Shown: positions 26,559 to 34,861, counted from the first letter of the stretch. The stretch is DNA of 64,000 bases from Candidatus Nanopelagicaceae bacterium (GCA_049451055.1 JBMTVF010000001.1:33508-97507), one strand, 5' to 3'. The notes: generated by a model from the letters alone, not told the origin. Numbers and translations are program-made.

Positions 26559-28084
26559 AGCACCATAGAAAGAGCTCCTCGCCGAAAAAAATTGCGATTA
26601 TTGGCGCTGGTATGGCGGGTTTGGCATGCGGGGCCAGACTTGCGAAGTTGGGCCACGAGGTTCAAATTTTTGAGGCCAGTAATGAGGTGGGAGGCAAATG
26701 CCGAACCATCTGGATAGAGGGATTTGGCTTTGATATCGGACCTTCACTGTTGACGCTACCGGCAGTATATAGAGACTTATTCTTAAAGACTGGTGGTCCA
26801 ACAAATCTGATTACTGAATTGACCCCGGTTGATCCAGCGTTTACCTACCAGTTTGCCAACGGAAAAGTAATTGATTTTCCAAACCTTTCACATTCAGGAG
26901 TAGTTGATTCAGTATGTAAAGCGCTAGGAAATGACCACGGACTTACTTGGGATAAATTACTGAAGCGCGCTGAAAAGATGTGGGATGCCTCCAGAGAAGA
27001 TTTTATTGAAGGCGAGTTACGAGGACTACTACCCTTACTTAAAAGAAAGAATTTGCTACGTGATATTTGGACGATCGCACCATGGCTCTCGCTACGCAAA
27101 TTAACTAAGAGATACGGCGCTGGACAAGAAATTTCCAAAATTATAGATAGATATGCAACATACTCTGGCTCCGACCCAAGACTGGCCCCCGCAGTTCTGT
27201 TAACAATTGCATTCGTCGAAGAAGCATTTGGTGCTTGGCATGTTCCAGGCGGGTTAGGGCGGCTTCCAATTGCGCTCGCCGAGCGTTTTCAAAAACTGGG
27301 CGGATCAATAAACCTAAACTCTCCAGTCAAGGAACTAACTCTCTTAAACGGCCAAGTTAATGGGGTAATTCTAGATAACGGCAAGATAGTTGAAGCCGAT
27401 ATTGTCGTATCCAATATCGATTCTCAAATCCTATATAACAAACTTATACCTAACGGCGTCTCTAGAATTCGAACTCGGTCTGAACGTAGATCAATCAACC
27501 GTTCCACAAAATCTTTTTCTGGTTTTAGCCTTTTATTGGCACTGAATGGCAAATCTAATTTAAACCACCACACCGTTTTATTCCCCGAAAATTACGATGC
27601 CGAATTTGATTCGTTATTTCGTTACGGAACGCCACCTGTGGATCCTGCGATTTACATCTGTAATCCTGATGATCCAACCTTAGTTCCTAATAAAGATTCG
27701 GAAGCATGGTTCGTTTTGGTCAATGCTCCCCTACATGACCCCAAGCACGGATTTGACTGGAATCGCCCTGGATTCAAAGAGGAGTACGCCGAAAATATTC
27801 TCACTAAAATTGAAGAACGAGGAATTTCAATAAGAGACCGAATTAGATTCATGAAAATTAGAACTCCTCATGATCTTGAAATCGAGAGTAACTCGCCGGG
27901 AGGTTCGATTTATGGGCCTTCAAGTAATGGGGCTCGTTCCGCTTTCTTAAGAGCTAAGAATCGAAGTCCGATTCGCGGCCTATATTGCGTTGGCGGTTCT
28001 GCACATCCCGGTGGTGGCTTGCCGCTTGTGGCTATTAGCGCAGAGATTGTCGCAAATGCGATCTCAGAGCAAGAAACAACCTGA
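26555..28084 (+). CDS. Phytoene-desaturase-family oxidoreductase (CrtD-like carotenoid 3,4-desaturase candidate)
   Basis: KIAIIGAGMAGLACGARLAKLGHEVQIFEASNEVGGK FAD fold and a C-terminal GGSAHPGGGLP motif. I set the start to ATG 26555 (ATGA overlap with the GT2 stop); the longer track ORF is an out-of-gene extension. Confidence 0.8.
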   Translation: MKHHRKSSSPKKIAIIGAGMAGLACGARLAKLGHEVQIFEASNEVGGKCRTIWIEGFGFDIGPSLLTLPAVYRDLFLKTGGPTNLITELTPVDPAFTYQFANGKVIDFPNLSHSGVVDSVCKALGNDHGLTWDKLLKRAEKMWDASREDFIEGELRGLLPLLKRKNLLRDIWTIAPWLSLRKLTKRYGAGQEISKIIDRYATYSGSDPRLAPAVLLTIAFVEEAFGAWHVPGGLGRLPIALAERFQKLGGSINLNSPVKELTLLNGQVNGVILDNGKIVEADIVVSNIDSQILYNKLIPNGVSRIRTRSERRSINRSTKSFSGFSLLLALNGKSNLNHHTVLFPENYDAEFDSLFRYGTPPVDPAIYICNPDDPTLVPNKDSEAWFVLVNAPLHDPKHGFDWNRPGFKEEYAENILTKIEERGISIRDRIRFMKIRTPHDLEIESNSPGGSIYGPSSNGARSAFLRAKNRSPIRGLYCVGGSAHPGGGLPLVAISAEIVANAISEQETT

Positions 28085-28673
28085 CAACACTAGAAACTTG
28101 TAAAGTAAGTAATAAATAGGTAGCACCAAGCGTGAAATCCATTGAATCAATTTCAAGAGCCCGAGCAATCAATACGAAAAAAATAATTGAGGCTCGTACC
28201 GGACGTTCAGACCAAGTAACAATAAGTATCTCAGTGGTTCCGAGGCTATTCGATCTAGCTCTCATATATTCCTGAAGATAAGATGCGAGCCAGATTACAA
28301 GTATGGCTTGCCAGGGCGCTCCTATTACAAACAGACCTAGCAACCAGAAAACTTCTACAATTCGATCGGCAACTGAATCGAGAAGAGCTCCATATCTCGT
28401 GATTTTTCCGCAGAGTATTGCGACTGAGCCATCAATTCCATCCAAAAGTAAGGATAAAACTAGGAGAACTATTGCCCAATCAGTCTTAGCTGTGAGTAAA
28501 AATGCTGCGCCAGCGAGGATTGAGATATAAGAGAGTGAATTAGGGGTTACTCGAAGAGCCACTATAGGTCGTGACATCCAGTAACTTATATGTAGCCATA
28601 CTTTAACAATCCCCTTGACTTGAGCGCCTCCATGAAGTTCGCTCCATTTCTCATAGAAAACTTCAATTCTCAT
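28035..28673 (-). CDS. CDP-alcohol phosphatidyltransferase family protein
   Basis: DGIDGSVA...G...DSVADRIVE matches the D-G-x2-A-R-x8-G-x3-D-x3-D family signature. ATGA overlap with the metF stop. Confidence 0.8.
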   Translation of the reverse strand: MRIEVFYEKWSELHGGAQVKGIVKVWLHISYWMSRPIVALRVTPNSLSYISILAGAAFLLTAKTDWAIVLLVLSLLLDGIDGSVAILCGKITRYGALLDSVADRIVEVFWLLGLFVIGAPWQAILVIWLASYLQEYMRARSNSLGTTEILIVTWSERPVRASIIFFVLIARALEIDSMDFTLGATYLLLTLQVSSVVRLFLALRSHLRQSLR

Positions 28674-29515
28674 CTCAATCCAATTCTCTTAACAATTTCT
28701 ATCGTAGAGCTTGCTGAATTCATCGTATAGAAATGGAGACCCGGCGCATCTTCTTTTAACAATTCAGCGCTAAGTTTTGCTGCAATCTCAATACCCTTTT
28801 CTTTAACCATTTCTGGATTATCCGAAATCGGTTCAAGTTGTTCCACTATAAATTTGGGAACTTCAGCGCCACTCAATTGCGCCATGCGATTTAGTTGAGT
28901 AAAATTTGTGATTGGCAAGATTCCCGCAATTAAAGAGAGCTTTGAACCGGCTGACACAAGAGCATCTTTGAGTTTTCTATATTTGGAAATTGAAAAGAAG
29001 AATTGTGTCGTTGCAAATGTCGCCCCGCGGCGCTCCTTTTCCAACAATACTTCGAGATCCCTTTCGAAGCTCGCAGAGGCAGGATGTCCATCTGGGAAAG
29101 CAGCTACTCCAACTTCAAAATCTTTTTGGTATGCCAGGGAAACCAATTCATCTGAATGATCGAATCCCCCAGGCGTAGGGACCCATTCCGCGCTTGGCCC
29201 GCCCGCTGGATCTCCACGTAATGCGAGAATCGATTTGATTCCAGAGTGGCGATAGCTATCGAGAATTGATTCCAATTCCGATTTTGTTGACCCTACACAA
29301 GTTAGGTGGGCAACGGTTCGGATGCCTGTACGCGATGTGATTTCACCCGTGACCTTTACAGTACGGTCTCGAGCGCTACCGCCAGCGCCATATGTAACAG
29401 ATACAAAGTCCGGTTCGATTTCAGAGAGCGAGGTGAGCGCTCTCCAAAGTTTTTCCTCTCCCTCGCTATCTCGCGGCGGAAAAAATTCCAAGGAAAAAGA
29501 GGGCTTTGCCTTCAC
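28670..29515 (-). CDS. metF: Methylenetetrahydrofolate reductase
   Basis: FSLEFFPPR N-terminus and a MetF TIM-barrel of about 281 aa. It is divergent from a polyprenyl synthase, as at the mycobacterial metF/idsA2 locus. Confidence 0.88.
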   Translation of the reverse strand: MKAKPSFSLEFFPPRDSEGEEKLWRALTSLSEIEPDFVSVTYGAGGSARDRTVKVTGEITSRTGIRTVAHLTCVGSTKSELESILDSYRHSGIKSILALRGDPAGGPSAEWVPTPGGFDHSDELVSLAYQKDFEVGVAAFPDGHPASASFERDLEVLLEKERRGATFATTQFFFSISKYRKLKDALVSAGSKLSLIAGILPITNFTQLNRMAQLSGAEVPKFIVEQLEPISDNPEMVKEKGIEIAAKLSAELLKEDAPGLHFYTMNSASSTIEIVKRIGLR

Positions 29516-29537
29516 GAGTTGAGAGTACCGTTACGCC

Positions 29538-30602
29538 GTGCCAGGTACCTCTTTAGACTCCATCAGAATTGAAATTGAAGATGTTCTTGCTGACTTTGTA
29601 AAGGGAAAAACCGAAAAGCTCAATAGAACCGATGAATTTCTCCAACCAGTAACCAAATCATTAGCTGAATATATTTTGGATGGAGGGAAGAGATTTAGAC
29701 CTACCTTTGCATACCTCGGATTCTTGGGAGCAGGTGGCATAGCCAGCCCAAAAATAGCGAGAGCCTGTGCGGCCCTCGAGTTAGTTCATGTTTGTGCACT
29801 CATACATGATGATTTGATGGATGGTTCAGATACGCGCCGAAATCGGCAATCAATCCATCGCCAATTTCAGAATCTTCATAGAGACTCTAAATTTGTCGGA
29901 AGTTCTGAGAATTATGGGGCTTCGGTAGCCATTTTGTTGGGAGATTTATCTTTAGCGTGGAGCGATGAATTGTTGTACCTCTCTGAAATTGAGCAACCAC
30001 AACTCAATCAAGCCCTACCTATTTTTTATGAGATGCGCGAAGAGTTAATGGCTGGTCAATATTTAGATGTTCTAGAAAGTGCGAGAGGCGAATCGAATAA
30101 AGTTCGTTCGTCCAAGATTGCACAGCTAAAATCAGGTAAGTATTCAATTGAAAGGCCACTGCAATTTGGCGCAGCCCTTGCTGGCGCTAATTCGACTCTA
30201 ATTGATGATTTTTCAAGTTTTGGCCTAGCGCTCGGTGAAGCTTTTCAACTTCGCGATGATCTCTTGGGAATTTTTGGTGAGCCGAACGTCACAGGTAAGC
30301 CAAGCGGCGACGATATTCGAGAGGGAAAGCGAACCCTTCTAATTGCCTTGACCCTAGAGAAGTGCAATGAATCGGAACGACGACTCCTTGAGATATCACT
30401 CGGAGATGAGAATGTAGAGAGCTCTAAAATCGCTGCTATCCAAGAGGTAATTTCAAGATGCGGAGCCATGGAAGAGTGCGAGAGACTAATCTCTGAACTT
30501 TTTAACAAGGCCGTTGCAAATTTAGATAAGTCAGTTTGCCTGGATGAAATTAAAAAGTTGCTTGTGGATATGGCGAAGGCCGCAACCCAGAGGGAGAAAT
30601 AG
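29538..30602 (+). CDS. crtE: Geranylgeranyl diphosphate synthase (polyprenyl synthetase)
   Basis: LIHDDLMDGSDTRR (first DDxxD) and FQLRDDLLG (second DDxxD). It leads crtI-crtB. Confidence 0.88.
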   Translation: MPGTSLDSIRIEIEDVLADFVKGKTEKLNRTDEFLQPVTKSLAEYILDGGKRFRPTFAYLGFLGAGGIASPKIARACAALELVHVCALIHDDLMDGSDTRRNRQSIHRQFQNLHRDSKFVGSSENYGASVAILLGDLSLAWSDELLYLSEIEQPQLNQALPIFYEMREELMAGQYLDVLESARGESNKVRSSKIAQLKSGKYSIERPLQFGAALAGANSTLIDDFSSFGLALGEAFQLRDDLLGIFGEPNVTGKPSGDDIREGKRTLLIALTLEKCNESERRLLEISLGDENVESSKIAAIQEVISRCGAMEECERLISELFNKAVANLDKSVCLDEIKKLLVDMAKAATQREK

Positions 30603-30607
30603 TCAAA

Positions 30608-32092
30608 ATGCGCACTGTTACTGGGCCAACGGACAAAGTTGTAATTGTTGGAGCAGGACTTGCAGGGTTAAGTGCTGCCATTAGATTGCTGGGACAAGGT
30701 CGTGAAGTAACAATTTTAGAACGCGAAGCGGTTCCGGGGGGAAGAAATGGCCTTCTAAATAAATCCGGTTACGCCTTTGACACTGGCCCAACTGTTTTAA
30801 CTATGCCCTCGCTAATTGAAGATGTCATGGCATCAGTTGGTGAAAATTTAACTGATTGGTTGACACTAATGCCGGTCCAACCACTCTATCGAGCCTTTTA
30901 TAGCGATGGCAGCACTTTGGACGTGCACTCAAACACCGAGGAAATGGAAGTAGAGATTGCCAAAGTTATTGGAAGCGATGAGGCTGCCGGTTATAGAAAG
31001 TATGTTGATTTCGTAACTAAGCTGTATAAGTATGAAATGAATGACTTTATTGATAAAAATATTGACACACCCTTTGATTTACTAACGCCAAATTTGGCGA
31101 GATTGATTGCAATCGGAGGCTTTAGGAGACTTGCGCCGAAAGTTGCCCAGTTCTTAAAGGATCCACGAACTCAGCGAATTTACTCGTTCCAAGCTATGTA
31201 CGCCGGAGTCTCACCTCAACAGGCGCTAGCCATCTATGCGGTTATTGCATACATGGATGCGGTTAATGGAGTCTTCTTTCCAAAGGGTGGCATGCATGCG
31301 GTCCCACGCGCATTAGCTGCTATCGCGACTAAGCACGGTGCAAAAATTCATTACAACTCTAAAGTTGCTCATTTAGAAAAACGGGGAAAGCGAGTTGTCG
31401 CCGCTATAACGGAAGATGGCAGACGATTTGAGTGTGACGTTGTAATCTTAAATCCCGATTTACCCGTTGCTTATACTGAGCTACTTGAAAAACCACTTCG
31501 TAGATTTAAGAAATTAGAATTCTCACCTTCTTGTGCAGTTCTTTTAGTTGGTTCAAAAAAGAAGTATTCGCATATCGCACATCACAATATCCATTTTGGA
31601 GAATCATGGGATGGAGTTTTTGAGGAATTGATTGAAAAAAAGAGTTTAATGAGTGATCCCAGTCTTTTGGTGACTGTTCCAAGCAAAGATGACAGCACCT
31701 TAGCGCCAGCCGATCGAGAGAGTTACTACATCTTGTTCCCCACACCAAACTTAAGTGCGAGTATTGATTGGAGAACTGAATCTTCACGTTATCGCGATGA
31801 AATGGTACGTGTTTTGGAGGAGCGAGGGTATGAGGGTTTTGGAGATTCAATTGAAGTTGAACATCTCACCACTCCATTGGAATGGGAGAAGATGGGACTT
31901 GAAATGGGAGCTCCCTTTGCGAGCGCGCATACTTTTACCCAAACAGGACCATTTAGACCGAACAATTTAGCGCGTGGATTCGAGAATGTAGTTTTCACTG
32001 GGAGCGGAACACAGCCAGGCGTCGGCGTTCCCATGGTGATAATTTCTGGAAAATTAGCCGCTGAAAGAATTCTCGGAGCGAGACGTGGATGA
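30608..32092 (+). CDS. crtI: Phytoene desaturase
   Basis: VVIVGAGLAGLSAAIRL dinucleotide fold, 494 aa, and a C-terminal FTGSGTQPGVGVPMV motif. It sits between crtE and crtB. Confidence 0.9.
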   Translation: MRTVTGPTDKVVIVGAGLAGLSAAIRLLGQGREVTILEREAVPGGRNGLLNKSGYAFDTGPTVLTMPSLIEDVMASVGENLTDWLTLMPVQPLYRAFYSDGSTLDVHSNTEEMEVEIAKVIGSDEAAGYRKYVDFVTKLYKYEMNDFIDKNIDTPFDLLTPNLARLIAIGGFRRLAPKVAQFLKDPRTQRIYSFQAMYAGVSPQQALAIYAVIAYMDAVNGVFFPKGGMHAVPRALAAIATKHGAKIHYNSKVAHLEKRGKRVVAAITEDGRRFECDVVILNPDLPVAYTELLEKPLRRFKKLEFSPSCAVLLVGSKKKYSHIAHHNIHFGESWDGVFEELIEKKSLMSDPSLLVTVPSKDDSTLAPADRESYYILFPTPNLSASIDWRTESSRYRDEMVRVLEERGYEGFGDSIEVEHLTTPLEWEKMGLEMGAPFASAHTFTQTGPFRPNNLARGFENVVFTGSGTQPGVGVPMVIISGKLAAERILGARRG

Positions 32093-32993
32093 ACTTTCTG
32101 CGGCTGGAATAACTAATCCAACCTTAAGGAAGTCGTATTCGGAGTGTAAGCGTCTAAATTCACTCCATGGTAAAACTTATTACTTAGCAACTTTGCTCTT
32201 ACCTAAAGCCAAGAGACCCTTTGTGCATTCGCTTTATGGCTTTGCTCGGTACGCAGATGAAATAGTTGACGCGATGGATTCAAATAGATCTTCGACTTCG
32301 CGACGAAACGAACTAGAGCAATGGAGTTGGCGAATGCTTCAAGATATAAACCGAGGCGAAAGTGACGATCAAATCGGTATGGCTCTAGTGGATACCGTAA
32401 AACGTTTTGATATTCCCATCGCCTATTTTGAAGCGTTTCTACACTCTATGGCGATGGACTTAGAAGTTACTGAATACGCGAACTATGAATCATTGATGGA
32501 GTATGTATATGGATCTGCCGCCGTTATTGGACTTCAGATGCTTCCGATATTGGGCTTTGATAGTGCTTATAAAGAAGAATCTAAGAGCGCTGCAGAGAAT
32601 CTCGGAATCGCATTTCAGCTTGCGAATTTTATCCGTGATATAGGTGAGGACTTAGATCGCGGCCGCGTTTATCTTCCTCAGGATGAGTTACAAGCATTTG
32701 GTGTCGATAGTAATATGTTGGAGCAACGCAAAGTAACAGATGAATTACGCAAAGCAATCGAATTTCAAATAGAACGAGTACGTCTACTTCAAAGTAAAGC
32801 ATCAGACGGAATAAAGTATCTAGAAAAGAGTTCTCAGCCCTGTATTGAAGCGGCCAGCGAACTGTACTGTGGAATAGTTGATGAGGTAGAAGAAATAAAT
32901 TACCAAGTGTTTGAGAAGAGGGCTAAGACTTCTACGATCCGTAGGTTGAAAGTGGCATTGCCAGCCTGGGCGCGGGCCGTTGCAGCTCGTTAG
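32085..32993 (+). CDS. crtB: Phytoene synthase
   Basis: YGFARYADEIVD and AFQLANFIRDIGEDLDRGRVYLP squalene/phytoene synthase signatures. GTG start overlaps the crtI stop. Confidence 0.92.
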   Translation: MDELSAAGITNPTLRKSYSECKRLNSLHGKTYYLATLLLPKAKRPFVHSLYGFARYADEIVDAMDSNRSSTSRRNELEQWSWRMLQDINRGESDDQIGMALVDTVKRFDIPIAYFEAFLHSMAMDLEVTEYANYESLMEYVYGSAAVIGLQMLPILGFDSAYKEESKSAAENLGIAFQLANFIRDIGEDLDRGRVYLPQDELQAFGVDSNMLEQRKVTDELRKAIEFQIERVRLLQSKASDGIKYLEKSSQPCIEAASELYCGIVDEVEEINYQVFEKRAKTSTIRRLKVALPAWARAVAAR

Positions 32994-33295
32994 TCGCGCT
33001 GAATGCCTCGACGCCCCCAATAAATCCAAAGCGACATGGTTAGCGTGACCATCGAGAATCCAAAAAATAGATCCTCGGCCGGAGCAGATGCAATTCTTAA
33101 TCCTGTAATTACCGATTCGTTGTAAGTAAGAATGCCCCGGGAGGTAAGCCACCAATTTGTTATCAATTGAAAGAAAAGAATGATCGCGTAGGCCGTCCAA
33201 AATCCTCTTCTTGTAATTAAGCGAGTTCTTAGAATGGCTAGATCTATCAAAATGACGATTAGGACCGAGAGAAGGGCAAGCTGGGTATAGGTCAC
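32990..33295 (-). CDS. crtYd: Lycopene cyclase domain protein, second half of a heterodimeric cyclase
   Basis: 101 aa with three TM helices and a PAEDLFFGF (PxE(E/D)) motif. It overlaps its partner by 4 nt. Confidence 0.8.
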   Translation of the reverse strand: MTYTQLALLSVLIVILIDLAILRTRLITRRGFWTAYAIILFFQLITNWWLTSRGILTYNESVITGLRIASAPAEDLFFGFSMVTLTMSLWIYWGRRGIQRD

Positions 33296-33624
33296 GATTC
33301 ATCACCAAATTTCCAGTGCCGCTTCTGAGTTCGAACCGCTTCTATTGTTAGTAAAGATGCCAGAGGAACAACTAGGAAAAATAGAAATTCTTCTAATGGG
33401 ACTCCCCTTGGACCAAAAATCCCAACTACTTGATTTTTATCGAACCACCAATGTCCTTTAATGACAGCGTAGTAATCCCAAATTAAGAAGATTACCGCTG
33501 TGGGGATAATTGAAAGTATGGCCCTTTTCATCCTTCTCAAGACTCCCACTTTAAGAAAAATTTCAAGCCAGAAAGATCCCACAACTGTAAAAAGGAGCAT
33601 CGCAAAATAAGCGAACTTGAGCAC
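33292..33624 (-). CDS. crtYc: Lycopene cyclase domain protein, first half of a heterodimeric cyclase
   Basis: 110 aa with three TM helices and a GVPLEEFLFF motif. Confidence 0.8.
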   Translation of the reverse strand: MLKFAYFAMLLFTVVGSFWLEIFLKVGVLRRMKRAILSIIPTAVIFLIWDYYAVIKGHWWFDKNQVVGIFGPRGVPLEEFLFFLVVPLASLLTIEAVRTQKRHWKFGDES

Positions 33625-33635
33625 GCCTTATGCTA

Positions 33636-33724
33636 ACCTTCCATTCAATCGGGAGCCAAAAGTTGGCTGAGAGGACCTTAGGGTCGACCGTCGGACCAGT
33701 TTGATAATGCGAATTGGAAAGGAT
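33636..33724 (+). promoter_or_regulatory. TPP (THI-box) riboswitch
   Basis: GGGAGCCAAAAGUUGGCUGAGA...GACCGUCGGACCAGUUUGAUAAUGCGAAUUGGAAAGGA. It shares the GGCUGAGA junction, the ACC...ACCNG segment and a UUUG-AUAAUG-CGAA hairpin with the same loop as E. coli thiM. The 3' strand GGAAAGG, which is also the Shine-Dalgarno, can pair with CCUUCC at 33637..33642. Confidence 0.68.
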
Positions 33725-33728
33725 TCAA

Positions 33729-34310
33729 ATGACTATCATTTTTGAAGCATGGAGCTACGAAGTCACTTTGCTCGAGTTACTCTCCGTATTAACTTCGCTA
33801 GTTGCTGTCTATCTTGGCGCCCGAGGAGTTCGTATAGCTTGGCCATGGTGGATTTTAAGTAGCACTCTTTACGGAATTTTCTTCTTGCAAGTAGACCTGT
33901 TTGCTAGTGCACTTCTACAGTTAATTTTTATAGCTGCAGCAATCTGGGGTTTATTCGGATGGAAAGCTACCGGAGTAGAGCCACGATCAATGACTTGGTC
34001 CGAGCGGGCTATCTGGATCATTGCGCTCGTAGTTATCTGGACAACTTCGGCACCTATTCTCGGAGATATTGGAGCAGCAGCTTCTTGGCCCGATTCTTTA
34101 TTGCTTGTGTCAAGCGCTATCGCCCAGATTTTGATGGTCTTGCAACGAAATGAAACTTGGATTGCGTGGATTCTCATAGATACCTTCGGGACTTGGCATT
34201 ATTTCCGTCAAGATCTCTATTTCACTAGTTTGCTTTATTCGATTTTTACTGTAATTGCCATTTATGGGGTATTTCGCTGGCGAAGCAGGTCACGTTGGCC
34301 AAGTCACTAG
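33729..34310 (+). CDS. pnuT: PnuC-family vitamin transporter, predicted thiamine-specific (PnuT-like)
   Basis: Two internal repeats carry PnuC hallmarks: WPWWILSSTLYGIFF...IWGLFGW and SSAIAQILMVLQRNETWIAW...IYGVFRW. It is preceded by a TPP riboswitch. I moved the start to ATG 33729, after GGAAAGGA. Confidence 0.7.
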   Translation: MTIIFEAWSYEVTLLELLSVLTSLVAVYLGARGVRIAWPWWILSSTLYGIFFLQVDLFASALLQLIFIAAAIWGLFGWKATGVEPRSMTWSERAIWIIALVVIWTTSAPILGDIGAAASWPDSLLLVSSAIAQILMVLQRNETWIAWILIDTFGTWHYFRQDLYFTSLLYSIFTVIAIYGVFRWRSRSRWPSH

Positions 34311-34861
34311 ACGAACTATTAAGTGTGGTTGTCGATAAGCCACCGCTAAATTGGAAGTTCTATTTGATCTCGATTGATGGTCCGGCAGGTGCCGGCAAAA
34401 CAACTTTAGCTACCCGAATTAGTAATAGTTGGAAATTGGGTCATGTGCATACGATTCATATGGACGATATCTACGATGGTTGGGAAAATGCTCTGACAGA
34501 TACATTGACGCGAACTCTCGAGAATCAGATTTTGAGGCCGCTTCATCTAGGGAAAAAAGCTTCTATACGTAAATTCAATTGGCTAACTTCGAATTTCGGG
34601 GATTTAGAGAGGTTGCCAGAAGCGAGTCTATATTTACTGGAAGGTGTTGGAAGCGCCCAGAAAGTAACTCGCAAATATCTAGATCAAATTATTTGGATTG
34701 ATATTGATCAAGAAGTAGGTTTACAGAGAGTGCTACGGAGAGATGGCGATTATCTTGAGAATGAAATGAGAATCTGGCAACAGCGAGAGCGGTCGCATTT
34801 TGAACTAGAAAACACCCGAGATTGTGCCACCTTCCGCTTTGACGGTAACTTCTTCATCTAA
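34295..34861 (+). CDS. P-loop kinase of the uridine kinase/phosphoribulokinase-like fold, substrate unknown
   Basis: Walker A ISIDGPAGAGKTTLA, then HMDDIYDGW, LLEGVG and DIDQEVGLQRVLRRDG blocks resembling the Udk/PRK family. The TTG start overlaps the pnuT end by 16 nt (alternative GTG at 34324). Confidence 0.6.
   Translation: MAKSLDELLSVVVDKPPLNWKFYLISIDGPAGAGKTTLATRISNSWKLGHVHTIHMDDIYDGWENALTDTLTRTLENQILRPLHLGKKASIRKFNWLTSNFGDLERLPEASLYLLEGVGSAQKVTRKYLDQIIWIDIDQEVGLQRVLRRDGDYLENEMRIWQQRERSHFELENTRDCATFRFDGNFFI

Noticed and set aside
33329-33336. Palindrome GTTCGAAC inside crtYc
   Set aside because: The half-sites are abutted in the wrong order with no 4-nt spacer, so this is not an SOS box architecture. 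It is also intragenic.
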